A stretch of 64,000 nt of DNA from Lachnospiraceae bacterium Zagget2 (GCA_001941045.1 MSHD01000030.1:19528-83527), one strand, 5' to 3'. Positions 8,564 through 18,532 are shown, numbered from the stretch's first letter. Made by a program: numbers and translations. Notes: generated by a model not told the origin, from the sequence alone.

Positions 8564-11203
8564 TCAGGCTCCCAGCTGCTTCAGGCGTTCTTTCACCTGC
8601 TCCATCATCTGCGTATATTTCGCGAGCTTTGCGCGCTCCTCCTGAATCTTGGCCTCCGGCGCACGGCTCAGGAACTTCTCATTGCTCAGCATTCCATTCA
8701 CACGGGCGAGCTCGCCGGTGAGGCGCTTCTCTTCCTTCTTCAGGCGTTCCTTTTCCTTCTCCACATCCACGAGCTCCTCGAGCGGCATGTAGATCGCCGC
8801 CTCCGGAATCAGTGCGGACACCGCATCCGAGGGGATGCCTGTCTTGTCTGCCTGCACGATGACCTCGGAAGCGGAACCGAGCGCCGCGAAGAATACCCGG
8901 CTGTGCTCGAAGATACCGCGCACCGTCTCATCCCCGGACACGACGTAGACTGTCGCCTTCCTGCTGTAGGGAACGTCCATGCTCGTGCGCACCGCACGGA
9001 TACCGCGAACCGCCTCCTTGATCGTCTCGACCGCCTTCTCCTCCTCCGGGAAGTTCCACGCATCCTGATAAACCGGCCAGTCGGAGATCATGATCGACTC
9101 CTCATCCGACAGGTTGCAGAAGATCTCCTCCGTGATGAAGGGCATGAAGGGATGCAGAAGCTTCAGTGCCTGGATGAGGACGTTTTTCAACGTCCAGAGC
9201 GCCGCGGTCTTTGATCCGCTGCCCTCCTCCTTCAGACGGGGCTTCACCATCTCGATGTACCAGTCGCAGAATTCCTCCCAGATGAAATCGTAGACCTTCT
9301 GCACCGCGATGCCGAGCTCGAAGCTGTCCATATTCGCCGTGACCTCGCGCGCCAGGCTGTTCACCTTCGAGAGAATCCACTTATCCGCCTGGGTGAGCTC
9401 CTCCGCGGCTACCTCTCCGATCTCTCCATCCGGCAGGTTCATCATGATAAATCTGGACGCGTTCCAGACCTTGTTCGCAAAGTTGCGGCTCGACTCGACG
9501 CGCTCCATATAGAAGCGCATGTCATTGCCCGGCGCATTGCCGGTCACGAGCGTCAGGCGCAGGGCGTCCGCACCGTACTTATCGATGATCTCGAGCGGAT
9601 CGATGCCGTTCCCGAGGGACTTGCTCATCTTGCGTCCCTGCGAGTCGCGCACGAGCCCGTGGATCAGCACGTGATGGAAGGGGCACTTTCCGGTCTGCTC
9701 ATAGCCCGAGAACACCATGCGGATAACCCAGAAGAAAATAATATCATATCCCGTCACGAGCACGTCGGTCGGGTAGAAATAGTCGAGGTCTTCATTTTCC
9801 TTCGGCCAGCCAAGCGTCGAGAAGGGCCAGAGCGCCGAAGAAAACCAGGTGTCCAGCGTGTCCGGGTCCTGCGTCAGATGCGTGCAGCCGCACTTTCCGC
9901 ATTTCTCCGGCATGGACCGCGCCACCGTAATTTCACCGCACTCGTCGCAGTAATAGGCGGGAATGCGATGTCCCCACCAGAGCTGGCGGGAAATACACCA
10001 GTCGCGGATATTCTCGAGCCAGTGCAGGTAGATCTTGTCAAAGCGCTCCGGCACGAAGGTCAGGTCGCCGTTTTTCACGGCCTCAATCGCCGGCTTTGCC
10101 ATTTCCTCCATCTTCACGAACCACTGCTGCTTGATCATCGGCTCGACCGTCGTGTGGCAGCGATCATGCGTGCCGACGTTGTGCACATGCTCCTCGACCT
10201 TCACAAGCAGCCCCTGTGCCTCGAGATCCGCCACCATGGCCTTCCGCGCCTCGTAGCGATCCATGCCGTCATACTTGCTGCCCGGGCAGTGGATCGTCGC
10301 GTCGTCGTTCATCATATTGATCTCCGGAAGGTTATGTCGCTTACCGACCTCAAAATCATTCGGGTCATGCGCGGGCGTGATCTTCACGCAGCCGGTCCCG
10401 AATTCCTTATCTACATACGGGTCCGCGATCACCGGAATCTCGCGGTCCGTCAACGGAAGCTTCAGCATTTTTCCTACAAGCTGCGTATAGCGCGCGTCGT
10501 CCGGATTCACCGCCACCGCCGTATCGCCGAGCATCGTCTCGGGACGGGTCGTCGCGATCTCGACAAATCCGCTGCCGTCCGCGATCGGGTAATTGATATG
10601 CCAGAAATGACCGGCCTGCTCCTCGTGCTCGACCTCCGCATCGGAGATCGAAGTCTGGCACACCGGGCACCAGTTGATGATGCGGGATCCTCTGTAAATG
10701 TAGCCTTTCTCATAGAGACGCATGAACACCTCGAGCACCGCCTCCGAGCAGCCCTCGTCCATCGTGAAGCGCTCGCGGTCCCAGTCGCAGGAGGAACCGA
10801 TCTTCTTGAGCTGTTCGGTGATCGTGCGGCCGTACTCCTCGCGCCACTCCCAGGTTCTCTTCAGGAAGCCCTCGCGGCCGAGCTCGTTCTTGTCGATGCC
10901 CTCCTCACGCAGCTGATTCGTGACCTTCACCTCGGTCGAGATACTCGCGTGATCCGTGCCGGGCTGCCACAACACATTGTAGCCCTGCATTCTCTTATAG
11001 CGGATCAGGATATCCTGCAGCGTGTTGTCCAGCGCATGTCCCATATGCAGCTTGCCCGTGATATTGGGCGGCGGCATGACGATGGTAAACGGCTTCTTGC
11101 TGCGGTCCGGCTCCGCGTGAAAATATTTTCTTCCCATCCATTTCGCATAGGTACGATCCTCGATCAGCGACGGATCATAAGTCTTGGCTAATTCTTTCCT
11201 CAT
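8564..11203 (-). CDS. valS: Valine--tRNA ligase
   Basis: [13 protein letters not shown] (HIGH), [18 protein letters not shown]-terminal coiled-coil arm; start reset to MRKELAK. Confidence 0.98.
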   Translation of the reverse strand: MRKELAKTYDPSLIEDRTYAKWMGRKYFHAEPDRSKKPFTIVMPPPNITGKLHMGHALDNTLQDILIRYKRMQGYNVLWQPGTDHASISTEVKVTNQLREEGIDKNELGREGFLKRTWEWREEYGRTITEQLKKIGSSCDWDRERFTMDEGCSEAVLEVFMRLYEKGYIYRGSRIINWCPVCQTSISDAEVEHEEQAGHFWHINYPIADGSGFVEIATTRPETMLGDTAVAVNPDDARYTQLVGKMLKLPLTDREIPVIADPYVDKEFGTGCVKITPAHDPNDFEVGKRHNLPEINMMNDDATIHCPGSKYDGMDRYEARKAMVADLEAQGLLVKVEEHVHNVGTHDRCHTTVEPMIKQQWFVKMEEMAKPAIEAVKNGDLTFVPERFDKIYLHWLENIRDWCISRQLWWGHRIPAYYCDECGEITVARSMPEKCGKCGCTHLTQDPDTLDTWFSSALWPFSTLGWPKENEDLDYFYPTDVLVTGYDIIFFWVIRMVFSGYEQTGKCPFHHVLIHGLVRDSQGRKMSKSLGNGIDPLEIIDKYGADALRLTLVTGNAPGNDMRFYMERVESSRNFANKVWNASRFIMMNLPDGEIGEVAAEELTQADKWILSKVNSLAREVTANMDSFELGIAVQKVYDFIWEEFCDWYIEMVKPRLKEEGSGSKTAALWTLKNVLIQALKLLHPFMPFITEEIFCNLSDEESIMISDWPVYQDAWNFPEEEKAVETIKEAVRGIRAVRTSMDVPYSRKATVYVVSGDETVRGIFEHSRVFFAALGSASEVIVQADKTGIPSDAVSALIPEAAIYMPLEELVDVEKEKERLKKEEKRLTGELARVNGMLSNEKFLSRAPEAKIQEERAKLAKYTQMMEQVKERLKQLGA

Positions 11204-11237
11204 AAACTGCTCCTTTGTTTTTCTTCCGTGGTGGTAA

Positions 11238-11399
11238 TATAAAAGTCGATTGCTACGCTCTACGAACTCCCGCAATCGCCGCCTGCATTCGCAATCCGCG
11301 CTATCGCGCTACTTGCTCATGCAAGCTAGCCCGTCCGATGTCTATGTGTCCTTGCATGCAAGCATGCAGTCCACATAGCCGCCGTCCGGGACTTTTATA
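11238..11399. repeat. MITE/REP-like element in valS leader
   Basis: Perfect 10-bp terminal inverted repeats TATAAAAGTC (11238-11247) / GACTTTTATA (11390-11399) enclosing several internal dyads (CGATTGC..GCAATCG; CTTGC-TCAT-GCAAG; CTATGTG..CACATAG). Confidence 0.5.
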
Positions 11400-11400
11400 G

Positions 11401-11651
11401 CAAAAGCGCCCTCCGCACAGTACACTGTGCAAAGGGCGACTTAATCGCGGTACCACCTTTGTTCATATGCGCCGGGGCGCATACCTCTTACTCCTTAACG
11501 CGGAACCCTCGGGAACGCTTACACTCTCTTCAGCGCTCCGGCTCCGAAGCGACCTTCGCCGCGCCCGTCCCGAAACCATCTCTCAGCCACGGATGATTCT
11601 CTCTGACGGCGGTACGCGCCTACTCCTCTTCTTCACAGCCTTTTTCTTCAC
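11401..11651 (-). promoter_or_regulatory. T-box riboswitch (Val) with sigma-A promoter upstream
   Basis: T-box motif AAAGGTGGTACCGCG (11446-11460), AGAGA and GCTGAGA stem-I motifs, candidate specifier GUC at 11551-11553, terminator 11401-11440; promoter TTGACA(11681-86)-N17-TAAACT(11658-63). Confidence 0.9.
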
Positions 11652-11705
11652 CATCACAGTTTAGATGGAAAAGAAGGCTTTGTCAAGGGGTGCTGTTGTT
11701 AATTT

Positions 11706-12197
11706 TCAGTAACAGGGCTTCACTTCCACACAGGGGCCGGAAGCATAGTAGGCATCCCTGCCCTCGCCGTAGCCATAGTTAATATAGTGATTCAGAAGAG
11801 CGACAGGGTCTTCCCCGATCACCGCAGCGACATCCGCATAGGTATTATAATAATGAATCGGGTCAAAGGTATCCAGATCACTCCCGGCATAGTCCAGATT
11901 GGTCGCCGGGAAAGTCATCAGAAATACGTCTGCCAGCTCCTCGGCCGTCTCCGGATTGCCGGCTGCCGCTCTCCACTCTGCCTGTCTGTTCGGGTAGCGT
12001 CCCTCCTCAAGGCCGATCGTCATATAGTGCTCGTAGAGCGCCTGATTGTCATTGCCGCAGGCATACTGTGCGTCCGGATACATGGCATAATAGTAAGATG
12101 GATCGAACGCGGACCGCGCCTCCGTGGGAATCGCCGTGAACAGCGCGCAGAGAAATACCGCGCCCAGAGTACACAGAAGTGTCTTTGCAAATTTCAA
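11706..12197 (-). CDS. Secreted protein with two FDxxxY..Y.D..HY..G..EGR repeats
   Basis: Signal peptide MKFAKTLLCTLGAVFLCALFTAIPTEA; repeats FDPSYYYAMYPDA..LYEHYMTIGLEEGR and FDPIHYYNTYADV..LLNHYINYGYGEGR. Confidence 0.75.
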   Translation of the reverse strand: MKFAKTLLCTLGAVFLCALFTAIPTEARSAFDPSYYYAMYPDAQYACGNDNQALYEHYMTIGLEEGRYPNRQAEWRAAAGNPETAEELADVFLMTFPATNLDYAGSDLDTFDPIHYYNTYADVAAVIGEDPVALLNHYINYGYGEGRDAYYASGPCVEVKPCY

Positions 12198-12332
12198 TTA
12201 CGTCACCTCCAATATCTTATGTACATACGTTTCTGCTTCTGTTTATAAGATAACATTCATGGGAAAAGATTGCAACCTTTTATGGTGATTCCCGCTCTTC
12301 GTCCTGTCTGCGCGGCTTCTCCAGGACCAGGA

Positions 12333-13112
12333 TCAATCTGCAAGATAGGTAGCAATTCCCCCGGCGATCGCCTCCGCCAGCAACGACTGGTAACTTTCAT
12401 CCCGCAGGAGTTCGAGCTCCGCGGCGTTGGACATGTAACCCAGCTCCACCAACACCGCGGTCATCTTTGTCTCGCGCAGAACCTTATAATTCTCGGTACG
12501 CGTGTCGTGTACTGTAATCCGCTCTCTTGCCTCCGCGGCGTCCGCGATGCTCTGCGCAAGCAATGCGCCTTCCTCACTGCTCGCGAGGCTATAGCACTCC
12601 ATGCCCTGAATCGAGGCGTCATTTTCCAGATAATTACAATGGATGCTGACAAAGAGATCAGCTTCGAGTTCATTCGCGTACGCGGCCCGCTCCGACAACT
12701 CAACCTCCGTGTCGTCGCTACGGGTCAGATAAACGCGCGCACCTGCTTTCGTCAGCTCCTCCTCCAGAAGCTCCGTCACTTTCAGATTCAGATCTTTTTC
12801 ATCGGTGCCGTCGGCGCTGGTGCCGGGATCGCTTCCGCCGTGACCGGCATCGAGAACAATCAGCGGCGCACCATCCAGATAGCCCGCATCGACATAATCA
12901 CCGCCATTCCCCGTGGCGAGCGCCTCTGAAGTCGCTTCTTCCCCATCTTGGAATGCAGCTCTTACCAGTTTCGCACCCCTGAGCAGCAGGCTCAACAGCA
13001 GCACGGCCACTACAAACAGCGATACGCGAGTCGCCCAAGTCTGTATTTTTCTTCTGATCCGTCTTCTCCTGCGCTCCCGGCGGGAGAGTCTTCTCCTTCG
13101 TTCTGTCATCAT
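12333..13112 (-). CDS. N-acetylmuramoyl-L-alanine amidase (Amidase_3), membrane-anchored
   Basis: LDAGHGGSDPG, EKDLNL, SIHCN, LVELGYMSN zinc-amidase motifs; Arg-rich N-terminus plus TM. Confidence 0.9.
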   Translation of the reverse strand: MMTERRRRLSRRERRRRRIRRKIQTWATRVSLFVVAVLLLSLLLRGAKLVRAAFQDGEEATSEALATGNGGDYVDAGYLDGAPLIVLDAGHGGSDPGTSADGTDEKDLNLKVTELLEEELTKAGARVYLTRSDDTEVELSERAAYANELEADLFVSIHCNYLENDASIQGMECYSLASSEEGALLAQSIADAAEARERITVHDTRTENYKVLRETKMTAVLVELGYMSNAAELELLRDESYQSLLAEAIAGGIATYLAD

Positions 13113-13124
13113 CGCCTCTTCCGT

Positions 13125-14600
13125 CTACCTGACGCCCGCAAAAGTCCACGTCCAGCCCTGATCCGCAGACTCAAAGAGGACTCCCTCGCTCTCGATCTGA
13201 TCCGTCGTGACCAGCACCGTCAGCACACCGTCTTCTTCCTCCGGCATACAGAGATAATCATAATCCTGCGCAGCGAATCGATACTCGGCAGTGGTCTCCA
13301 TAAGCTCCTCCGCCGCGTCCATGTCGAGCACAATCTGCGTAAAGCTCTCGCCACCGTCCCAGGTGACATAGAGCCGCGAATAAGAGCCCGACGCGCTGCC
13401 AAGCCCCGCAATGCCCCAGTTTTCATCATAGAAGATCAGCCCTTCCGCCACTCCGGCTGCTCCCAAGAAGGGATCTCCGTTCACCTCCGTCCAGCTCGCG
13501 CCGCCGTCGTCCGTACCCTGCAGCGCGTAGGCCCTGCTGCCTGCCGCCGCGTCCACGACGACCAGCCGCCAGCCCCTGCTCTCATTCAGGAAATAGTACA
13601 TCGTGCCGTCCGCGGAATCCACATACCAGCTCTCCGCGTCGATCGCCTCTGCTGTCTGCTCCTCCTCCCGCTCGGCGTTCAGCTCACTCTGGCTCACATA
13701 CTCCGGTTCCAGAATAAAATGCAGAGAAGGAATGTCCTCTGAAATATCCAGCGTAAGCGCGTAGCCGCAGAGCTCCCCGCCCGCATCCAGCTGTTCAATC
13801 ACGTAGCTTTCCAACACAATTCCATTTTCAGAGACCTCATAGAGCCCCGCTTTTGATACGAAGCTTTGATAGCCGCTGTAAGAAATCTCACAGACCCCGT
13901 CGCTGATCAGCGCACTCCACTGATCCAGCTGTCGTTCCCAGTCGACCTGACCTAAGATCGTGAGCATGGGCTCCAGCAGATTTTCCTCCTCGTATTCAGC
14001 GCTGACATTTCCGTCCAGCCAGACCGTCATTTTACTGCTTTTCTCAGCGTTATAGCTGATGAGATATGTTTTCTTTTCTCCTTCGTCGTTCTCTCCATAC
14101 AGAAAGGCTTCAATGGTCCGGATCTTGCCCTCCGCATCGTAAGCAATCTCGAAGGTATTTGTCACATACAGGGTCTCCGGCAGGTCAAAGGCTGCGTCCA
14201 GATCCTCCAGAATGCCCTCCGCACCGCTCTCGTAGAAATTGTCATGCGTGAGCGCGACCTCGCGCTTCCTGCGCCACTCGTCCAGCTTCCAGGACAGCGC
14301 CCCGTTATACGGCGTCGCCGCGTAAACGAACTTCGCGCCGAAAAATAGCGTTGCACCTGCGAAGATCACCAGTTCCAGGAGAAAAACAATACGCTTTCCT
14401 CGCCCGGATTCCCGCTCCGGCTTGCTGCGCCGGGAGAGCAGCCACAGAATCAGGCACAGCAAAAACGCGGCGGCGCTCAGGGCAAGTCCCGGAAGGCGCC
14501 TCCGCACGCCGCCGTACTGGCAAAGCTGCCAGAGCTGATAAAGCCCGCTTATATAAAAAATCAGCATACATTTCCCGCTAAAACGGTAAATTGTCTTCAT
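13125..14600 (-). CDS. Membrane protein with C-terminal BNR/Asp-box repeats
   Basis: Start reset to MKTIYRFSGK (RBS GAAGGTG); N-terminal TM helices; Asp-box-like TDDGGASW, TWDGGESF, SADQGWTW. Confidence 0.7.
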   Translation of the reverse strand: MKTIYRFSGKCMLIFYISGLYQLWQLCQYGGVRRRLPGLALSAAAFLLCLILWLLSRRSKPERESGRGKRIVFLLELVIFAGATLFFGAKFVYAATPYNGALSWKLDEWRRKREVALTHDNFYESGAEGILEDLDAAFDLPETLYVTNTFEIAYDAEGKIRTIEAFLYGENDEGEKKTYLISYNAEKSSKMTVWLDGNVSAEYEEENLLEPMLTILGQVDWERQLDQWSALISDGVCEISYSGYQSFVSKAGLYEVSENGIVLESYVIEQLDAGGELCGYALTLDISEDIPSLHFILEPEYVSQSELNAEREEEQTAEAIDAESWYVDSADGTMYYFLNESRGWRLVVVDAAAGSRAYALQGTDDGGASWTEVNGDPFLGAAGVAEGLIFYDENWGIAGLGSASGSYSRLYVTWDGGESFTQIVLDMDAAEELMETTAEYRFAAQDYDYLCMPEEEDGVLTVLVTTDQIESEGVLFESADQGWTWTFAGVR

Positions 14601-14626
14601 CTTATCACCTTCAGAATTTCTGTATC

Positions 14627-14857
14627 CTATTTTCTCTTCAGCAGGAGGAAAACACCGACCGCCAGCGCAATCACGCCAACCACCGCTGCCGGGAGCATCC
14701 ACCCCGGCGACACCCGGCCCACAATGAAAATGGAAGTCGGTCCGTCCGCGCCGCCGATTATGGAGACCGATTTTCTCCCCATAAGCTTTGCGACCGCTGC
14801 CGCGATGAGAAGCACAGCGCCAATCACGATCATGACTTTTGAAACTGTCTTTTTCAT
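14627..14857 (-). CDS. Small membrane protein with OadB-like IIGGADGPT motif
   Basis: 76 aa, two TM segments flanking SIIGGADGPTSIFIVG; ATGA overlap with upstream stop. Confidence 0.75.
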   Translation of the reverse strand: MKKTVSKVMIVIGAVLLIAAAVAKLMGRKSVSIIGGADGPTSIFIVGRVSPGWMLPAAVVGVIALAVGVFLLLKRK

Positions 14858-15197
14858 CTGCTTTCTCCTTCACCAAAATCCCTGCGTTCAAAGGATACGC
14901 TGTCGATCTGTAACTGCATTCCCTTCTGTCTGGAAATGTCTAGCTCCAACTCATAAGTTCCGGCGACCTCTCCGCCCTCCCAGTTCCGTCGGTACTGGAA
15001 CACCATGGTTCCGCTGCCTTCGTCCAACGCGATGATATGAAACTCCGTCGTCCCGCCGCTGCCGAGCTGCTCCCCGCTGTCTGATTCACTATACGTGTCG
15101 TAATCGCTCGCGAAAATGTCCGATTCCTCCACAATAACCCAGGTGTAACCGGTCGTCGCATTGGAAGGCAGGTCACGAGAATCCCTTTCTTTTTCAC
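14854..15197 (-). pseudogene. Chagasin/I42 protease-inhibitor family gene, frame broken after the first residues
   Basis: RBS GAGGAGG precedes GTG 15197 (MKKKGILVT...), but the I42 motifs LPSNATTGYTW, FHIIALDEG and FQYRRNWE lie in another frame. Confidence 0.65.
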
Positions 15198-15241
15198 AGC
15201 ACGAACACCTCCTCAAAATAAGCATCGTCATCCATATGCAC

Positions 15242-15296
15242 ATTATACTTAGCTCGCGATTCGCTGTAAATATGGTCAATTCTTAAAAATTCTTAA
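15242..15296 (-). promoter_or_regulatory. Sigma-A promoter with upstream TTAAG direct repeat
   Basis: TTTACA(15265-70)-N17-TATAAT(15242-47); TTAAG-N5-TTAAG at 15282-15296. Confidence 0.65.
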
Positions 15297-15308
15297 CAGC
15301 GTTACGAT

Positions 15309-17363
15309 TCACTCCCTCCTCAGCGTCTCGTAATTGTACTTGTCCGCCTCCGACACCTGCTCCGTGCGCAGCTCGCCGTCCTGGGAGCTGAGCAGCAGCA
15401 CGCTCTCCTCAAGATACGCGCTCATATCATCCGCCCACGCGCGGAAAATGTCGTCGTCATACAGATACTCGCTGCCAAAGCGGAAGGAGGAACCCGCGAG
15501 CTGGAGAATCTGCCCGTCTTCGCCCAGCCGGAACACCTGATAGCTGTAGGCCCCATAGACGTCCCTGTCCTCAATATAAAGCGTCATGATGAAGTCCATC
15601 CCGTCCATGCTCCCCAGATAAATATTGTTCCAGCCGGCCCGGGAGGTATGCGCGGTCTCCGCGTAGAGCACTTCCCCGTCCGCATTTTTGAACAGCACGA
15701 TCCCGCTGTCCCCGTCGCCGCTGTCTCCGGTATAAATCTCGATCCTCTCGCTTCCGTCGCCCTCCCCGATATCCGCGGTCAACTCATCCACCTGCGTATA
15801 CCAGGTTTCCAGGAGATCGACGCCCTCACTCTCCGCCACCTCCAGCAGATACGGATACAGCGTATCCTCCGTAAAAGCCTGATATTCCACCCCGTAAGCA
15901 CTCAGGTCGGCGCTGTCAGTGTCCGACGCGCCATAGCCAAAGTTCACCACCGTCCCCGCGCCGTAGATCTCGAAGGACGCCCAGAATTCCTCCTCGGAAA
16001 TCATCTCCGCGCCGTCCGTAATCTTATAATAGACGCCGTCGTCCTCGCTATAGTCCACTTTGTACTGCGTCTCTGTCACCAGCGCCCGCTCCGCCGTGTC
16101 GATCACATAGATCTCAAAGCTGGAATTCGATGCCGTATAAAAGCATTTTTCTCCATAGCAGACCGGATAAGCGGTGCCCATGCTCTCGATCCGTCCCAGG
16201 TCCCGGACCTCCCCATCGATGTAATAATAGACCTCGCAGCCGATCGACGCGTTCACGCCGTCGAGATCATAGCTGGCGTCGGTCACGAGCAGCACGTCGT
16301 TCGCCATGCCGATATCCACCAATGCGAACTGCTCGTCATCTCCCAGATTCGCGACCGTTTCGCCGTACATCTCCTCGTTCGTCCCGCCGGATTTTTCACC
16401 ACCGGGCGGATTTGCAGCCAGGAAGACGAACGCAAGAACACAGATCACTGCCGCGGCCGCCACGATAACGGGCTTTGCCTTCCGATAGCTGAGCACATTT
16501 TTGATGCGGCTCTTCGTGCTGCTCTCCCCGAAGGCGACCGGAATGCTGCGCAGCGCGCGCTCCCCTGTCGCCAGCGCGAGCAGCGACGCGGAATATTCCT
16601 TCTTCACCCCTCCGCCCAGCTTTCTGAGGACGGCCTCGTCGCAGGACATCTCCATATCCTTGCCGCTCAGCGCGAAGGCAAGCCAGACAAGCGGATTGAA
16701 CCAGTGCAGGCACAGCGCCGCGCAGGCCAGAAAACGGAAAATGGGATCGCCCCTGCGGATATGTATCTGTTCGTGCAGCAGCGTATAGCGCTCCTCCTCC
16801 GCTCCAAGGCCCAGCGGCAGATAGATGCGCGGGCGCAGGAGTCCGTAGACAAAGGGCGTGCCTCCGTCCGACAGGCGATAAATATTCTCCCTCAGATGCT
16901 CCGCACCCCGCAGGCGTCCCCGGAAACGCAGCAGCGACAGAAGATGCCAGAGCAACAGAGCGCATAAACCCAGCAGCCAGACGCAGGCGGCCACAAAGAG
17001 AACGATCTGCGCAGAATCCGCCGAATCTCCCGCTGCTGCGGGAAGCGATACGCTGACCTCGCTGTTCAGCCTGACGACCGACACCTGCATCTGCGCGCCC
17101 ATCTGAGCTGTGCGCGCGAGATCATAGGAAATATATTCCATGGTTCCACCGTCCGCCGTGCTCTCCGGCACAGCGTTCAGCAGTGAAAACGCCGATGAAA
17201 AGGAGAATGGACACAGCAGGCGGAACAGCACCACCGCCCACAGAATATAAGAAAAAATCCGCGGCGCTCCCCTCCAGAAAAATCGTATCACACAGACCGC
17301 GAAGATGATCACGCTGGCGGTCAGGCTCATATTCAGGACGCCGATAAACAGTCTTTCAATCAT
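15309..17363 (-). CDS. BlaR1/MecR1-like M56 peptidase with non-PBP acidic extracellular domain
   Basis: LLHEQIHIRRGD (HExxH), HWFNPLVW, DMEMSCDE; TM then D/E-rich domain; start coupled to repressor stop. Confidence 0.88.
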   Translation of the reverse strand: MIERLFIGVLNMSLTASVIIFAVCVIRFFWRGAPRIFSYILWAVVLFRLLCPFSFSSAFSLLNAVPESTADGGTMEYISYDLARTAQMGAQMQVSVVRLNSEVSVSLPAAAGDSADSAQIVLFVAACVWLLGLCALLLWHLLSLLRFRGRLRGAEHLRENIYRLSDGGTPFVYGLLRPRIYLPLGLGAEEERYTLLHEQIHIRRGDPIFRFLACAALCLHWFNPLVWLAFALSGKDMEMSCDEAVLRKLGGGVKKEYSASLLALATGERALRSIPVAFGESSTKSRIKNVLSYRKAKPVIVAAAAVICVLAFVFLAANPPGGEKSGGTNEEMYGETVANLGDDEQFALVDIGMANDVLLVTDASYDLDGVNASIGCEVYYYIDGEVRDLGRIESMGTAYPVCYGEKCFYTASNSSFEIYVIDTAERALVTETQYKVDYSEDDGVYYKITDGAEMISEEEFWASFEIYGAGTVVNFGYGASDTDSADLSAYGVEYQAFTEDTLYPYLLEVAESEGVDLLETWYTQVDELTADIGEGDGSERIEIYTGDSGDGDSGIVLFKNADGEVLYAETAHTSRAGWNNIYLGSMDGMDFIMTLYIEDRDVYGAYSYQVFRLGEDGQILQLAGSSFRFGSEYLYDDDIFRAWADDMSAYLEESVLLLSSQDGELRTEQVSEADKYNYETLRRE

Positions 17364-17727
17364 TTTCTCCCTCCTCATACGCGTCGATCAGTTTACGAAG
17401 CTCCTCCACCTCGCTCCCGCTCAGCTTCTTCCTGCGGGAAAAGGCCGTCAGAAACAGCGGCAGCGAGCCGTCAAAGTGCTCTTCCAGGAACTGCTCCCCC
17501 TGCGCCGCCTGAAAATCCTCCTTTGCCGTGCGCACCACGACCGTCCCGTTCTCATTCGCGAACAGATCGCGCAGGCACAGCCTCTTCAGCATCGTGTAGG
17601 TCGTCGTCCGCTTCCAGCCGAACTCCGCCTCGCAGCGCTTCGCGAGCTCGCCCGACGCGATCGGCGCGAGCTCCCAGATCAGATCCGCGAACTTCTCCTC
17701 CATCTCTCCTAGCTTGTATTTCTCCAT
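17356..17727 (-). CDS. BlaI/MecI/CopY family repressor
   Basis: LGEMEEKFADLIW, WKRTTTYTMLKRL, FDGSLPLFLTAF; RBS GAGGAGG; start reset to MEKYKLG. Confidence 0.9.
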   Translation of the reverse strand: MEKYKLGEMEEKFADLIWELAPIASGELAKRCEAEFGWKRTTTYTMLKRLCLRDLFANENGTVVVRTAKEDFQAAQGEQFLEEHFDGSLPLFLTAFSRRKKLSGSEVEELRKLIDAYEEGEND

Positions 17728-17740
17728 GGCTGTCCTCCTC

Positions 17741-17793
17741 TGTCTAATGTCTTTAGACAATTTGAGTCTAACATCATTAGACAGATATGTCAA
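17741..17793 (-). promoter_or_regulatory. blaI-like promoter with two palindromic operators
   Basis: TTGACA(17788-93)-N17-TAGACT(17765-70); dyads TGTCTAA-N5-TTAGACA (17741-59) and GTCTAA-N5-TTAGAC (17766-82). Confidence 0.85.
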
Positions 17794-17888
17794 CAGGAAA
17801 ATAAAAACAGGATCCGCAATCCGTGATTGAATCCGCGGAAACCGACTGTTATAATGGATACAGTGATTTTAAAAGGCAGGAGTTGCCA

Positions 17889-18454
17889 ATGACGAACGGT
17901 GTAAACATCAAAAAACTAGAGTCTGATCTCTGGGAATCGGCGGATTTACTGCGCTCCGGCTCGAAGCTGACATCCAATTAATACTGCATGTCGGTGCTCG
18001 GCCTCATTTTCCTGCGCTACGCATACAGTCGCTTCAAGAAGGTCGAGGCAGAAATTCAGAAGAACGCCCTGTCCGCGGAGGCCGTGTGCTACCGGTAGAG
18101 GCCAGCGACTTTGCGGAGAAGAGCGCCCTTTATCTCCCTAGAGAGGCACAGTATTCTTATCTCGTCAATCTTCCGGCCAATATATCCGCACAAAATCTGA
18201 CAAGCGCTGCCGGGCAGAAAATGAACAGCCTCGGCGAGGTGGTCAACAATGCCATGGATCTGGTAGAAGCCCAGAGCGAGCAGCTCTCCGGCGTTCTGCC
18301 GAAGGACTATACGATGTTTTCCGATGAACTGACAGCGGATATTCTTATGACGAATGCCAGCGCAGCGGCTGGTTTTATTGGCGGAGCATCATTGAGTGGT
18401 AATGCTTTGTGGCACGATGAAGAAGGACGGTCTTTGAAGCAGATTGAAGGATAG
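17889..18454 (+). pseudogene. hsdM: Type I R-M modification subunit (HsdM) N-terminal remnant
   Basis: IKKLESDLWESADLLRSGSKLTSN-TAA-YCMSVLGLIFLRY; frameshift near 18060-18086; continues LPVEASDF..GVLPKDY, then truncated before any methyltransferase motif. Confidence 0.8.
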
Positions 18455-18491
18455 GTTAGCTGGTTATTGTTGTACTTATTGGCAGAATTAT

Positions 18492-18520
18492 AAATTGGCT
18501 AAACACTGTTTAGCCAATTT
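18492..18520. repeat. Perfect 13-bp-arm palindrome upstream of DUF1016 gene
   Basis: AAATTGGCTAAAC-ACT-GTTTAGCCAATTT; degenerate copy at 18658-18686 inside the gene. Confidence 0.85.
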
Positions 18521-18532
18521 GGAGGAGGCTTT

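Noticed and set aside
9659-11191. Long antisense ORFs (510 aa here; also 24062-25741, 38499-39926, 15648-16967, 43130-44362, 21759-22757)
   Set aside because: Shadow frames of real genes in GC-rich DNA; no motifs or RBS.
14601-14891. 588-aa version of the BNR protein
   Set aside because: Overlaps the better-supported 76-aa gene; an RBS supports the start at 14600.
13125-17793. One BlaI-controlled operon running through to the amidase
   Set aside because: A separate consensus promoter with its own direct repeat lies at 15242-15296 and has no BlaI-type dyad.
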